DNA of 64,000 nucleotides, taken from NCBI GenBank assembly GCA_041658205.1, contig JBBAAO010000001.1, positions 710,800-774,799 of the forward strand. Direction: 5' to 3'. Under the pieces are notes generated by a model that was not told where the DNA came from, searched no databases, and was given only the letters and a program-made list of their open reading frames with translations. The DNA is from Bacteroidota bacterium. GTDB taxonomy: Bacteria > Bacteroidota > Ignavibacteria > UBA10030 > UBA8401. Both the position numbers and the translations under genes were made by a program. Shown here piece after piece: positions 1 through 9,024 of this stretch. Every line of letters starts with the position of its first letter. Position 1 is the stretch's first letter.

Positions 1-130
1 GTGAACTTTCCAAAATTATAACTCGTAACCGCACGCCGTACGAGGTGGCGGAAGAATTATTGAAAAAATAAATCCACTTGTAGGACGGGATGACATCCCA
101 TCCTACAAATGTCATTCAGGCGGAATTCCT

Positions 131-1984
131 ATGGATAAAAAATCTCTTCTCCGAATTTGCATTTTCTTTACAGTGCAATTCTCTCTTGCCCAGACTCCTG
201 AAATCATTAAGTGTGAACCGCCGAATTGGTGGATCGGGATGAAGATGAACAAGGTTCAACTGATGGTATACGGTGAACATCTGAATAATATTACTGTGAC
301 GTCATCATCTTCCCATCTCAAAGTCCTTCGCACTCATTCCATAGCCAATCCTTCGTACACATTCATCGATATTGATATATCACCCTTAGCAAAACCCGGA
401 AATTATGAGCTTACGGTAACATCTCGCAACGGAAAAACTTCATTCCGTTATCCTCTGTTGAAGAGAGAGAAGTTGACTAACCAACACCAGGGTTTTGATC
501 AGTCTGATGTGATGTATCTTATCACTCCGGATCGTTTTGCAAATGGCGATACGACAAACGACAATGTCGCCGGAATGTTTGATTCCTTAAAACGAAGTGA
601 ACCATTCGGAAGACACGGCGGCGATCTTCAGGGTATTATAAACAAACTGGAATATTTGAACGATCTCGGTGTTACTGCATTGTGGATCAATCCACTTGTC
701 GAAAATAATATGAACCGCGCAAGTTACCACGGTTACAGCGCAACGGATTTGTATGCAATCGATTCACGTTTCGGCACAAATATGTTGTATACATCATTTG
801 TGGAAAAAGCACACGCTGTGGGATTGAAAGTGATCATGGATCATGTGAACAATCATATCGGAACAAATCATCCGTGGTTGAAAAATCTTCCGACAGCAGA
901 TTGGTTAAATGGAACGATAGAAAACCATCAACGCCCATTCCATTCAAAACCGGAGTTAGATGATATTCACAGCGATTCGCTGACCAGACAACAGGCGACG
1001 AACGGCTGGTTTGATCGTTCCCTGGCTGATGTGAATCAGCAGAATCCGTTCGTAGCAAACTATTTGAAACAGAATACCATTTGGTGGATTGAGTTCAGCG
1101 GAATGGACGGTATTCGCGAGGATACCTATCCATATATTGATCCGAAGTTTCGAGAAGAATGGTGCAAAAGTATCATGGATGAATATCCTCGGTTCAATAT
1201 TGTCGGCGAAGTGTGGGTACAGGATCCGGCATTCCTGGCGCCGTATCAGAGAGGAAGTTTTATCCCGCGAAGCGTCAAACCCGAACTTCCGTCTCTTACG
1301 GATTTCGGACTTTATGATGCATTCATGAAAACATTTGCCGATTCTAACGGAACGATAGGAAATGTCTTCAACACTCTTGCAAAAGATTTTCTCTATCCTG
1401 ATCCGGATAACCTGGTTACCTTTTTAGATAATCACGATATTACGCGCATCATGTATAATGTGAATGGAGATGTAAAGCGTTTCAAACTTGCAATGCTTGC
1501 TCTCTTAACGACGCGGGGAATTCCACAGCTGCTGTACGGAACAGAAATTGGAATGAAAGGGGGAAAGGATCACGGATTACTTCGGGCAGATTTTCCCGGT
1601 GGATTCCCGAACGATACGCGTGATGCTTTCACTGAACCGGGAAGGACGCAGTTAGAAAATGAACTTTTCAAGTTTTCCCAAGGACTATTACAGATCCGTA
1701 AATCGCACAAGTCGCTACAGTTTGGGACATTGATTCATTTCAAGCCATCGCATGAAACGTATGTGTATTTTAGAATTTTGAAAAACGAACGTATGATGGT
1801 TGTTATCAACCATCATAAAGAAGAACAGAAAATTTCTCTCTCACCATATACACATCAACTTAAGGGTGTGACACGGCTGCGGGATCTTGTTTCGGGAAAA
1901 GAATTTTCTCTCATCGATCAACAAGAAATTACGCTCGAAGGGATGACGGGTGGGATATTTGAAATAGTTGATGTAAAAAATTGA
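131..1984 (+). CDS. GH13 alpha-amylase family glycoside hydrolase (cyclomaltodextrinase/neopullulanase-like), secreted
   Basis: 617 aa ORF with an N-terminal signal peptide. GH13 catalytic-region motifs are present (DLGVTALWINP, GFRED-like GIREDT, MDHVNNH, FLDNHD). Confidence 0.85.
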   Translation: MDKKSLLRICIFFTVQFSLAQTPEIIKCEPPNWWIGMKMNKVQLMVYGEHLNNITVTSSSSHLKVLRTHSIANPSYTFIDIDISPLAKPGNYELTVTSRNGKTSFRYPLLKREKLTNQHQGFDQSDVMYLITPDRFANGDTTNDNVAGMFDSLKRSEPFGRHGGDLQGIINKLEYLNDLGVTALWINPLVENNMNRASYHGYSATDLYAIDSRFGTNMLYTSFVEKAHAVGLKVIMDHVNNHIGTNHPWLKNLPTADWLNGTIENHQRPFHSKPELDDIHSDSLTRQQATNGWFDRSLADVNQQNPFVANYLKQNTIWWIEFSGMDGIREDTYPYIDPKFREEWCKSIMDEYPRFNIVGEVWVQDPAFLAPYQRGSFIPRSVKPELPSLTDFGLYDAFMKTFADSNGTIGNVFNTLAKDFLYPDPDNLVTFLDNHDITRIMYNVNGDVKRFKLAMLALLTTRGIPQLLYGTEIGMKGGKDHGLLRADFPGGFPNDTRDAFTEPGRTQLENELFKFSQGLLQIRKSHKSLQFGTLIHFKPSHETYVYFRILKNERMMVVINHHKEEQKISLSPYTHQLKGVTRLRDLVSGKEFSLIDQQEITLEGMTGGIFEIVDVKN

Positions 1985-2032
1985 TTTGATAGAACACGAA
2001 TTAGACTGATTGACACGGATAAAAAGAATCAA

Positions 2033-2063
2033 ATGTAAGTCGGGATTGCATCCCGATTTACAT
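2033..2063. terminator. Palindromic hairpin between convergent genes (14-bp stem with 1 mismatch, loop TGC). Likely terminator for the minus-strand GH92 gene, whose sense strand carries a U-run after the hairpin.
   Basis: atgtaagtcgggat-tgc-atcccgatttacat read directly from the sequence. Nested inside a 10-bp outer inverted repeat, 1989-1998 (atagaacacg) and 2071-2080 (cgtgttctat). Confidence 0.5.
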
Positions 2064-2076
2064 AAAAATCCGTGTT

Positions 2077-4386
2077 CTATTTCTTATTAGGTTTAGCCCC
2101 CATCTCGAATACAATCGCCGCACCGTTCATTAGATCAGAATGAATGAAATAATTTTTCTTCCATTCCGTTCCGTTTAGCATAATCTTTTGCACATATACA
2201 TTCTTTGGCGATTGATTCTTTGTGTTGATGGACAGTGTTTTTCCGTTCTCCAGTTTGATCTTTGCTGACTTCACTAATGGACTACCGATCGAATATTGAT
2301 CCGAACCAGGAGCGACAGGGTAAAATCCTAATGCACTGAAAATATACCACGCAGACATTTGTCCGCAGTCGTCGTTTCCGCTCAGCCCGTCCGGCGTATT
2401 CGAATATTTAATGTTCAAGATCTTGCGGACTTTTTCTTGTGTCTTCCATGACTCACCGATCCAGTTATAGAGATACGGGACATGATGAGAAGGTTCATTT
2501 CCATGAACATAGTTTCCGATGATCCCTTCGCGAGTAATATCTTCGTTATGTGCAAAGAATTCGTCCGGCAGATGCATGGTAAAGAGCGAATCTAAGTAAT
2601 TAGAAAATTTTTTATTCCCACCAAGTAATTGAATCAATTTTGGCACGTTGTGGGGGACATGAAGGGAATAATTCCACGAATTGCCCTCAATAAATCCTTG
2701 TCCGTCGGTTTCTAACACACTAAAGTTTTTCCGGAACGATCCATCGCTCATTTTTGGACGCATAAAACCGATTGATGCATCGAAGACATTGCTGAAATTC
2801 TCTGATCGTTTGATGAACTCATTATACACTTTTTCATTTCCCAGCTTTTTTGCCATCTGTGCAATCGCCCAATCGTCGTAGGCATATTCCAGCGTTTTAG
2901 AGACGGATGAGGAGTTCTTATCGTCCGGTATATATCCCATTGCTATGTAATATTCCAAGCCGTCGTAGTATTTTTGCTGTGCTGTCTTTACACTTGCATC
3001 AAGTGCTTTTACTACATCAAAAGAAACATTTCCTTTTATGAATGCATCAGCAATGACCGACACGCTATGATAACCGATCATGCACCAATTTTCATTGGCA
3101 TAATGAGACCAAATCGGAAGCATGTTGTGAACGCTCTGTTCGTAATGAGCAAGCATTGAACGAATCATATCGCCGTTTCGTTTCGGCTGAAGGATGTTGA
3201 AGAGAGGATGAAGAGCACGGTACGTATCCCACAGTGAGAATGTTGTATAATTGGTAAATCCATCAGCAGTATGAATATTCTGATCGATTCCTTTGTATTG
3301 CCCATCCACATCCATATAGACTGTTGGACTGAGAAACGTATGGTAAAGAGAAGTGTAAAACGTCTCAGTATCTTTTTGGGAAAGGAGTTCGGCATTTACT
3401 TTTCCCAATTCTTCGTTCCACAAATCTTGACTCTCTTTCTTTACCCGCTCAAAATTCCAGTCCGGAATTTCAGCAGTGAGATTTTTTACTGCTCCTTCTG
3501 TGCTCACAGGGGATAACGAAAATTTTACTTTGATCTTTTCATTTACTTCTGTTGAAAAATTGAAATAAGCTCTGATATTCTTTCCCGCCATTTCGGGGAA
3601 ATTGGTTCTCACGTCGAATTTTTTCCAGAAACCGCGATAGATGGAAGTATCAAATTTCGCATGACCGTATGATGTAAACGGTTTGTTGAATGCCATGGCA
3701 AAATAGACAGTGCGTGTCCGTCCCCAGCCATTGGTCTGTCTAAATCCCGTCACAAGCGTGTCACTTTCAACACGGATGAATGTCCAGACATTCTTTTCAT
3801 CATAATTATAGATACCGTGCATCAAATCGAGAATGATATGTGATTCTTCCGATCGCGGGAATGTGTATTGATGAAAACCGACGCGTGTAGTTGCAGTCAA
3901 TTCCGCCGTGATTCCGCCGGAGGCGGATCCGCCTTTGGCGGAGTTATGGTCATCCAGTTTCACTTTGTAATACGCCGGCTCGGCAGTTTCGTTTGTGTGT
4001 GAATAGCGAGACCGATAACCGTTTTCAGGATGATTTGCTGTGCCGGGATTGAGTTGTAATTCACCGGTTGTCGGCATGATTAAAAAATCGCCAAGGTCGG
4101 AATGTCCTGTCCCGCTGAAATGTGTGTGACTGAATCCGACAATCGTCTTATCTTCATATTGATATCCTGCACAGTACTGATAGACTTCTGCCTGATATTT
4201 TCCATTCTTCTCGTAACTGAGTGTATCGGTATCCGGACTGAGCTGCACAGAGCCGAAAGGAACTGTTGCTCCGGGAAATGTATGTCCCATTCTCTGTGTG
4301 CCGGTGAGTGGTTTTACGTATTGGATGAAATTTGTTTGTGCGAAAATGATGATGGGAAAAACAAACAGAAGAGATACTTTTCTCAT
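2077..4386 (-). CDS. GH92 family alpha-mannosidase (alpha-1,2-mannosidase-like), secreted
   Basis: Start trimmed to the internal Met (MRKVSLLFVFPIIIFAQ signal peptide). The motif GFSHTHFSGTGHSDLGDFLIMP and the overall length (about 770 aa) are typical of GH92. Confidence 0.85.
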   Translation of the reverse strand: MRKVSLLFVFPIIIFAQTNFIQYVKPLTGTQRMGHTFPGATVPFGSVQLSPDTDTLSYEKNGKYQAEVYQYCAGYQYEDKTIVGFSHTHFSGTGHSDLGDFLIMPTTGELQLNPGTANHPENGYRSRYSHTNETAEPAYYKVKLDDHNSAKGGSASGGITAELTATTRVGFHQYTFPRSEESHIILDLMHGIYNYDEKNVWTFIRVESDTLVTGFRQTNGWGRTRTVYFAMAFNKPFTSYGHAKFDTSIYRGFWKKFDVRTNFPEMAGKNIRAYFNFSTEVNEKIKVKFSLSPVSTEGAVKNLTAEIPDWNFERVKKESQDLWNEELGKVNAELLSQKDTETFYTSLYHTFLSPTVYMDVDGQYKGIDQNIHTADGFTNYTTFSLWDTYRALHPLFNILQPKRNGDMIRSMLAHYEQSVHNMLPIWSHYANENWCMIGYHSVSVIADAFIKGNVSFDVVKALDASVKTAQQKYYDGLEYYIAMGYIPDDKNSSSVSKTLEYAYDDWAIAQMAKKLGNEKVYNEFIKRSENFSNVFDASIGFMRPKMSDGSFRKNFSVLETDGQGFIEGNSWNYSLHVPHNVPKLIQLLGGNKKFSNYLDSLFTMHLPDEFFAHNEDITREGIIGNYVHGNEPSHHVPYLYNWIGESWKTQEKVRKILNIKYSNTPDGLSGNDDCGQMSAWYIFSALGFYPVAPGSDQYSIGSPLVKSAKIKLENGKTLSINTKNQSPKNVYVQKIMLNGTEWKKNYFIHSDLMNGAAIVFEMGAKPNKK

Positions 4387-4619
4387 AACAGCGCCTTTAG
4401 AGAAGGAAGAAAACTTTTGAGAACATAGAGATAAAAAAGGAGAGAAGAAATAGCGCAAATAGAATACAGATATCACGGATTTATATAGATTGCTTTATCC
4501 GTGAAGATCCGCATGATCAGTGTCATCCGTGTTCTATTCAGTTCTATGCAGTTTGTCTTGCATAAAATCTTTCAATTCTCCATATTCCACGACAACAATT
4601 ATTCACATTTAGGAAATTC

Positions 4620-5519
4620 ATGAGATTAACGATTCTCCTTTCTACCATTTTGCTTTCCGCGATATTTGTTTCTGCTCAAAATGCCAAACCGAATGACGCT
4701 CTCAACGCGGAGGAACAATACAATATCTATTTTAAGAAAGCGGATGAGCAGCTGGGAAAATTTCAATTTGAAGAATCGATCAAAAGCGCACAAGAGGCGT
4801 TAAAATATAAACCAAATGACCACCTCGTCCGTGCGATGATTTGTCTGGATTATTATGAGATTGCCGAAAAATTAGATGTGAAGAAGTCTGATGAGAAAGA
4901 GTGGAAACTCGACATCTATAAAAAGATGGTGACTATTGCTGAAGAGGGTATGAAAGCAGCTCCTGAAAAAGGGGAGTGTTATTTTATGCGGGGACTTGCT
5001 AACGCTCGTATGTCCACAACAAAAGGGATTCTTTCGTCTCTCTTTTCTGCGAAACAGATTGAACAGGATTGGATCATTGCTGTCGGCAGGAAATCCGAAT
5101 ATGTTACTCCGATTGGCGAGAATCTTGAAGCATCGGCGAATATTGCTCTTGGTGTCTATTACCGTCTCTGTCCGTCATTCTTTTTATTACAATGGACATT
5201 TGGCATCAGCGGCGATCTAGAGAAAGCGGTGCAGTACTGCAAAAAAGCATACGAACTGGATCCAACCCGCATTGAGATTGTAAAAGAGTACGGCGTTGCT
5301 CTGATTACCCGCGGATTAGACAGCAACAACAAGAAGGATATTGAAGCGGGAAAAGAATTACTCGTAAAAGTTTCAACACTGCCGCTTCGTTTACGAACAG
5401 ATAAGATCGATATTGAACATAGTAAGATGTTATTAAGTGATATTTCTCTTTGTCCCGGTTACTCAAGGGATGAACAGCAGGAGATTTCAGAGGAAGCGTT
5501 TAGAAAGAACCATCACTAG
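4620..5519 (+). CDS. Hypothetical secreted/lipoprotein, helical (TPR-like) protein
   Basis: 299 aa ORF with a signal peptide (MRLTILLSTILLSAIFVSAQ). Alpha-helical, Lys/Glu-rich composition. No catalytic motif recognised. Confidence 0.55.
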   Translation: MRLTILLSTILLSAIFVSAQNAKPNDALNAEEQYNIYFKKADEQLGKFQFEESIKSAQEALKYKPNDHLVRAMICLDYYEIAEKLDVKKSDEKEWKLDIYKKMVTIAEEGMKAAPEKGECYFMRGLANARMSTTKGILSSLFSAKQIEQDWIIAVGRKSEYVTPIGENLEASANIALGVYYRLCPSFFLLQWTFGISGDLEKAVQYCKKAYELDPTRIEIVKEYGVALITRGLDSNNKKDIEAGKELLVKVSTLPLRLRTDKIDIEHSKMLLSDISLCPGYSRDEQQEISEEAFRKNHH

Positions 5520-5752
5520 TTTCCAAAAGCTCACCACAGAGTCACAGAGAAGTACGGTAAAGACATCTCGCCACCCTTTGTCTGAAACTATAAAAAACCC
5601 TCAAGTATATTAAATCTTCAATTCATAATAACTCATTGCGCTTTACCTAAGGCTTCTATCAATTACCTGTTCTTAAAATAGTGTGACTTAAAGTCCGTAG
5701 ACTTTAATATATTTTATATCAATTATGAAACAAAATTGAAAATTAAATATTA

Positions 5753-5965
5753 ATGTCTTATACAATTCATATATTATTTGGTAAAGAAGAAATATTGAGA
5801 CACAATTTAGGAATTAAACTAACTAAAAGTGAAAAGGTAACTAACCTCAAAACATTTTCCTTCCTTAATAAAAAAGAAGCTAATATTTTTTTAAGAGGAA
5901 TGGCTGAAGTTATCGGGTGGACTGAATATCTTGAATTAGAAAAATTCAACAAAGAGGATTTATGA
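5753..5965 (+). CDS. Small hypothetical protein (70 aa), translationally coupled to the downstream HNH gene
   Basis: Its stop codon TGA (5963-5965) overlaps the ATG of the next gene (5962-5964) as ATGA. Very low GC. No recognisable domain. Confidence 0.3.
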   Translation: MSYTIHILFGKEEILRHNLGIKLTKSEKVTNLKTFSFLNKKEANIFLRGMAEVIGWTEYLELEKFNKEDL

Positions 5966-6729
5966 AACAAAATATTTGGACTAGAGAGCAAACTATTGTT
6001 GCTTTTAATCTATATTGTAAAATCCCATTTAACAAAGTGTCATCAAATCATCCCGAGATACTTAAAATCTCAAAGATAATTGGAAGAAGCCCAAATTCTG
6101 TAAAAATGAAAATTGGGAATTTTGGAAGTTTTGATCCAGAACTTAAAAAAAGAGGAATTGTTGGTTTATCAAATAGTAGTAAACTTGATAAAGAAGTTTG
6201 GGATGAATTTAATATGAACTGGGAAAATCTAGTTTTTGAAAGTGAATCTATAATTGCAAAATATGCCAAGAAGACCTTGGGAGAATTAATTGGGTTAGAC
6301 TTGGAAAACCTGCCCAAGGGTAAAGAAAGGGAAGCAATTGTAAAAACGAGAATAAATCAATCCTTTTTTCGTAGTACAATTCTTTCTTCTTATAATCAAA
6401 AATGCTGTATCACAGGAATCTCTGTCCCTCAGTTATTGGTTGCAAGTCATATTGTTCCATGGTCTAAAAATGAAAACATCCGATTAGATCCAAGAAATGG
6501 TTTGTGCCTAAACTCTCTTCACGATAGAGCTTTTGATCACGGCTTCATAACTATCACAACAGATTATAAAATTATCGTCTCAAAAGAATTGACTGCAAAT
6601 TACAAAAAAGACAAATTGACTCAGGAGTATTTTTTAAGTTTTAATAATAAATCTATAAATATGCCTGATAGATTTTTGCCTAAAAAAGAATATTTAGATT
6701 ATCACTACGAAAATATTTTCAGGCAATAA
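5962..6729 (+). CDS. HNH endonuclease (HNH_2/PF13391-like C-terminal domain) with an uncharacterised N-terminal domain; candidate restriction/defence nuclease
   Basis: C-terminal motif CCITGISVPQLLVASHIVPWSKNENIRLDPRNGLCLNSLHDRAFDHGFITI matches the HNH_2 pattern (SHI.PW ... NGL.L...H.AFD.G). Sits in a low-GC islet. Confidence 0.7.
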   Translation: MKQNIWTREQTIVAFNLYCKIPFNKVSSNHPEILKISKIIGRSPNSVKMKIGNFGSFDPELKKRGIVGLSNSSKLDKEVWDEFNMNWENLVFESESIIAKYAKKTLGELIGLDLENLPKGKEREAIVKTRINQSFFRSTILSSYNQKCCITGISVPQLLVASHIVPWSKNENIRLDPRNGLCLNSLHDRAFDHGFITITTDYKIIVSKELTANYKKDKLTQEYFLSFNNKSINMPDRFLPKKEYLDYHYENIFRQ

Positions 6730-6732
6730 AAT

Positions 6733-7404
6733 ATGTATTTGATTAAACATTATATGTTTGATGCCAAAGGGATGAATACATTTCCAGAAAGATTATCGCG
6801 AAAAAAGTATAGAGAACTTAATCATAAATATAAAAACAATGATGTCTATGGGTTCATATTTAAGTTTAATGGAGATGGTCAGACGATTTTTTTTTACAAA
6901 ATCATTCCCCAAAAGCTAGAATTAAATTTAAAACTATTAGATACTCAATTACCTGAAATACTCGCGTATCTCGTTTCCTATACCAATAGAACTGGTAATT
7001 CAGCATTAAAGGATTTATTAGTTGAAATTACTAGATCAAACCCCTTGGGATTTGATCTAAGCAAGAATCAACCATTTTATAAACATAAGATTAAAAAATT
7101 ATTGACGGAAATTGTTTTTGGAATGAAATCTGATGTTGTGTGGAATGGTAATTACAATCCAACAAGAGGAGCAATAATTGTAAAAGAAAATGGAGAACTA
7201 GCTAACTATCACAATTACTATGGGAATGAATTTCAAAATTATTTAGTCAATATTGTAAAACTTCAGTTAGTCTCAAAAAGTGAAGATGAAAATAAATATG
7301 GCTTTGGAAAAAGAGAAAAACCAAAACCGTATAAATATGGTTGGATATATGAAGAAGATGGCGAGTTGTTTATAAAGTTAAATTTACAAATACGTTTTAC
7401 GTAA
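6733..7404 (+). CDS. Hypothetical protein (223 aa), partner of the HNH nuclease; possibly a restriction-enzyme-like or specificity component
   Basis: Begins 3 nt after the HNH gene stop. Very low GC and Lys/Asn/Tyr-rich. No motif I can assign. Confidence 0.45.
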   Translation: MYLIKHYMFDAKGMNTFPERLSRKKYRELNHKYKNNDVYGFIFKFNGDGQTIFFYKIIPQKLELNLKLLDTQLPEILAYLVSYTNRTGNSALKDLLVEITRSNPLGFDLSKNQPFYKHKIKKLLTEIVFGMKSDVVWNGNYNPTRGAIIVKENGELANYHNYYGNEFQNYLVNIVKLQLVSKSEDENKYGFGKREKPKPYKYGWIYEEDGELFIKLNLQIRFT

Positions 7405-7589
7405 TTTATATTTCTCTGTGTCTTTGTGCCTCTGTGGTTGCTTTTTCCTTCCGCACCCGCCAAAGAACATGTCCGGCAAGCAAGCAGTTTCCCTGCCTGA
7501 CAGCAGGCAGGTTCGTCCCGATATAAATCATCGGGACTCAGACTGACGGTGATAAAAGGTTTTTATTTATTTCTCTTTGTGTCTTTGTG
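7405..7589. repeat. Two direct copies of a TTCTCT(G/T)TGTGTCTTTGTG motif (7405-7428 and 7562-7589) flanking two stem-loops (7492-7511 and 7515-7537)
   Basis: Read directly from the sequence. Hairpin 1 is cctgcctg-acag-caggcagg; hairpin 2 is gtcccgat-ataaatc-atcgggac. A third, inverted partial copy of the motif lies at 5525-5552. Confidence 0.6.
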
Positions 7590-7787
7590 GTAAATGCTTT
7601 TCTTCCTTGCACTTCAACCTCACCTTTTCTATTTTCATACAACATTGTCGATTGAAACGTTAAAAACATTAATGTTCTTTCGAAAACATCCCGCAGGTTA
7701 TGCAGAAAAACATTATTTCTGCGAACATCAGTGATATTTGCGGGAACATCTTTTTTAAAACCTCATAAAACATATGAAGGAATCAGC

Positions 7788-8939
7788 ATGTCCGATACAG
7801 CAGTAAGTTTTGCCCCCACACAACAAATGACCATGGTCCAACAGATGGCGCGCGATTTTGCGGAAAAAGAAATTAAACCGCATGTTATGAAATATGACGA
7901 ATCGCAGGAATTCCCTAAAGAGATCTTTACGAAAATGGCCTCTCTCGGTTTTCTTGGCGCTTATTATCCCGAAGAACTCGAAGGGGCCGGACTCAATACG
8001 CTCGATTTTACCGTGATTATCGAAGAGATAGCAAAGATCGATCCCTCTGTAGCGCTGGGACTCTGTGCACACAACGGGCTTTGTGTTAGTCACATCTTTA
8101 ATCACGCAAGCGATACACTAAAGAAAAAATATCTTCCCGATCTTTTAAGCGGAAGGAAACTTGGCGGCTGGGGATTGACCGAAGCATTTTCCGGAAGCGA
8201 TGCGGGAGGGATGAGAACATTCGCTGTAAAAGAAGGGAACGAGTGGGTGATCAACGGCAGCAAGAATTTTATTACACATGGCATCTCCGGCCACACGTTT
8301 GTTATACTGGCGGTGACAGATAAAACAAAGAACAAATCGATCTCCGCATTTATTGTGGAGAAAGGAACGCCCGGCTTTTCATCTGGGAAGAAGGAAAATA
8401 AACTCGGTATGCGCTGCAGTGAAACTGCTTCGTTGATCTTCGACAACGTGCATATTCCAGAGGAGAACTTGATTGGAAATGTGGGAGAGGGATTCAAACA
8501 AGCATTGTCTGTCTTAGATGGCGGAAGAATTGGGATCGCTGCACTGTCAGTCGGTCTTGCACAAGGTGCATTGGAAGCGAGCATTAAATATTCAAAGGAG
8601 CGGGTGCAGTTCGGCAAACCGATTTCTGATAATCAAGGAATTCAATTTAAACTTGCCGATATGGCAATGGAAATTGAAGCGGCGCGATTATTAACGCGAA
8701 AAGCGGCATCCATGAAAATGGCCGGTTTAGATGTAAATCTTGAAGCAGCACAGGCGAAATATTTTGCAAGCGAAGTGGCTACGCGCGCATCGGGTGATGC
8801 AGTGCAGATACACGGCGGATATGGATTTACCAAAGATTTCCCGGTAGAAAAATTCTATCGCGACGTTAAACTGCTTACCATCGGCGAAGGAACAAGCGAG
8901 GTTCAGAAGATGGTGATTGCGAGAAACTTGCTTAAATAA
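7788..8939 (+). CDS. Acyl-CoA dehydrogenase (isovaleryl-CoA dehydrogenase-like)
   Basis: Start moved to the ATG at 7788 (MSDTAVSF...). Classic ACAD motifs present (GSKNFITHG, catalytic-Glu region EGTSEVQKMVIAR). Length 383 aa. Confidence 0.85.
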   Translation: MSDTAVSFAPTQQMTMVQQMARDFAEKEIKPHVMKYDESQEFPKEIFTKMASLGFLGAYYPEELEGAGLNTLDFTVIIEEIAKIDPSVALGLCAHNGLCVSHIFNHASDTLKKKYLPDLLSGRKLGGWGLTEAFSGSDAGGMRTFAVKEGNEWVINGSKNFITHGISGHTFVILAVTDKTKNKSISAFIVEKGTPGFSSGKKENKLGMRCSETASLIFDNVHIPEENLIGNVGEGFKQALSVLDGGRIGIAALSVGLAQGALEASIKYSKERVQFGKPISDNQGIQFKLADMAMEIEAARLLTRKAASMKMAGLDVNLEAAQAKYFASEVATRASGDAVQIHGGYGFTKDFPVEKFYRDVKLLTIGEGTSEVQKMVIARNLLK

Positions 8940-9024
8940 TTTTACTCAATGAACAATGAACAGCTAACAATTACCATATTTTGCAAAACATTGTTAATTG
9001 TTTATTGATAAATGATTACTGAAT

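Noticed and set aside
834-1328. Short ORFs (74 aa on the minus strand, 79 aa on the plus strand) inside the GH13 gene
   Set aside because: They are fully embedded in, or antisense to, a well-supported long CDS, and have no motifs or start context. They are typical spurious frames.
5521-5752. Possible tRNA or other small RNA gene in the 230-bp gap upstream of the islet, a typical island integration target
   Set aside because: I could find no cloverleaf-compatible acceptor and T-arm pairing or GTTCRA T-loop motif by eye. Only a short hairpin (aagtc-cgta-gactt) is present.
8102-8617. 171-aa antisense ORF within the acyl-CoA dehydrogenase gene
   Set aside because: Antisense to a strongly supported enzyme gene. 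Ser/Pro-rich, low-complexity translation.
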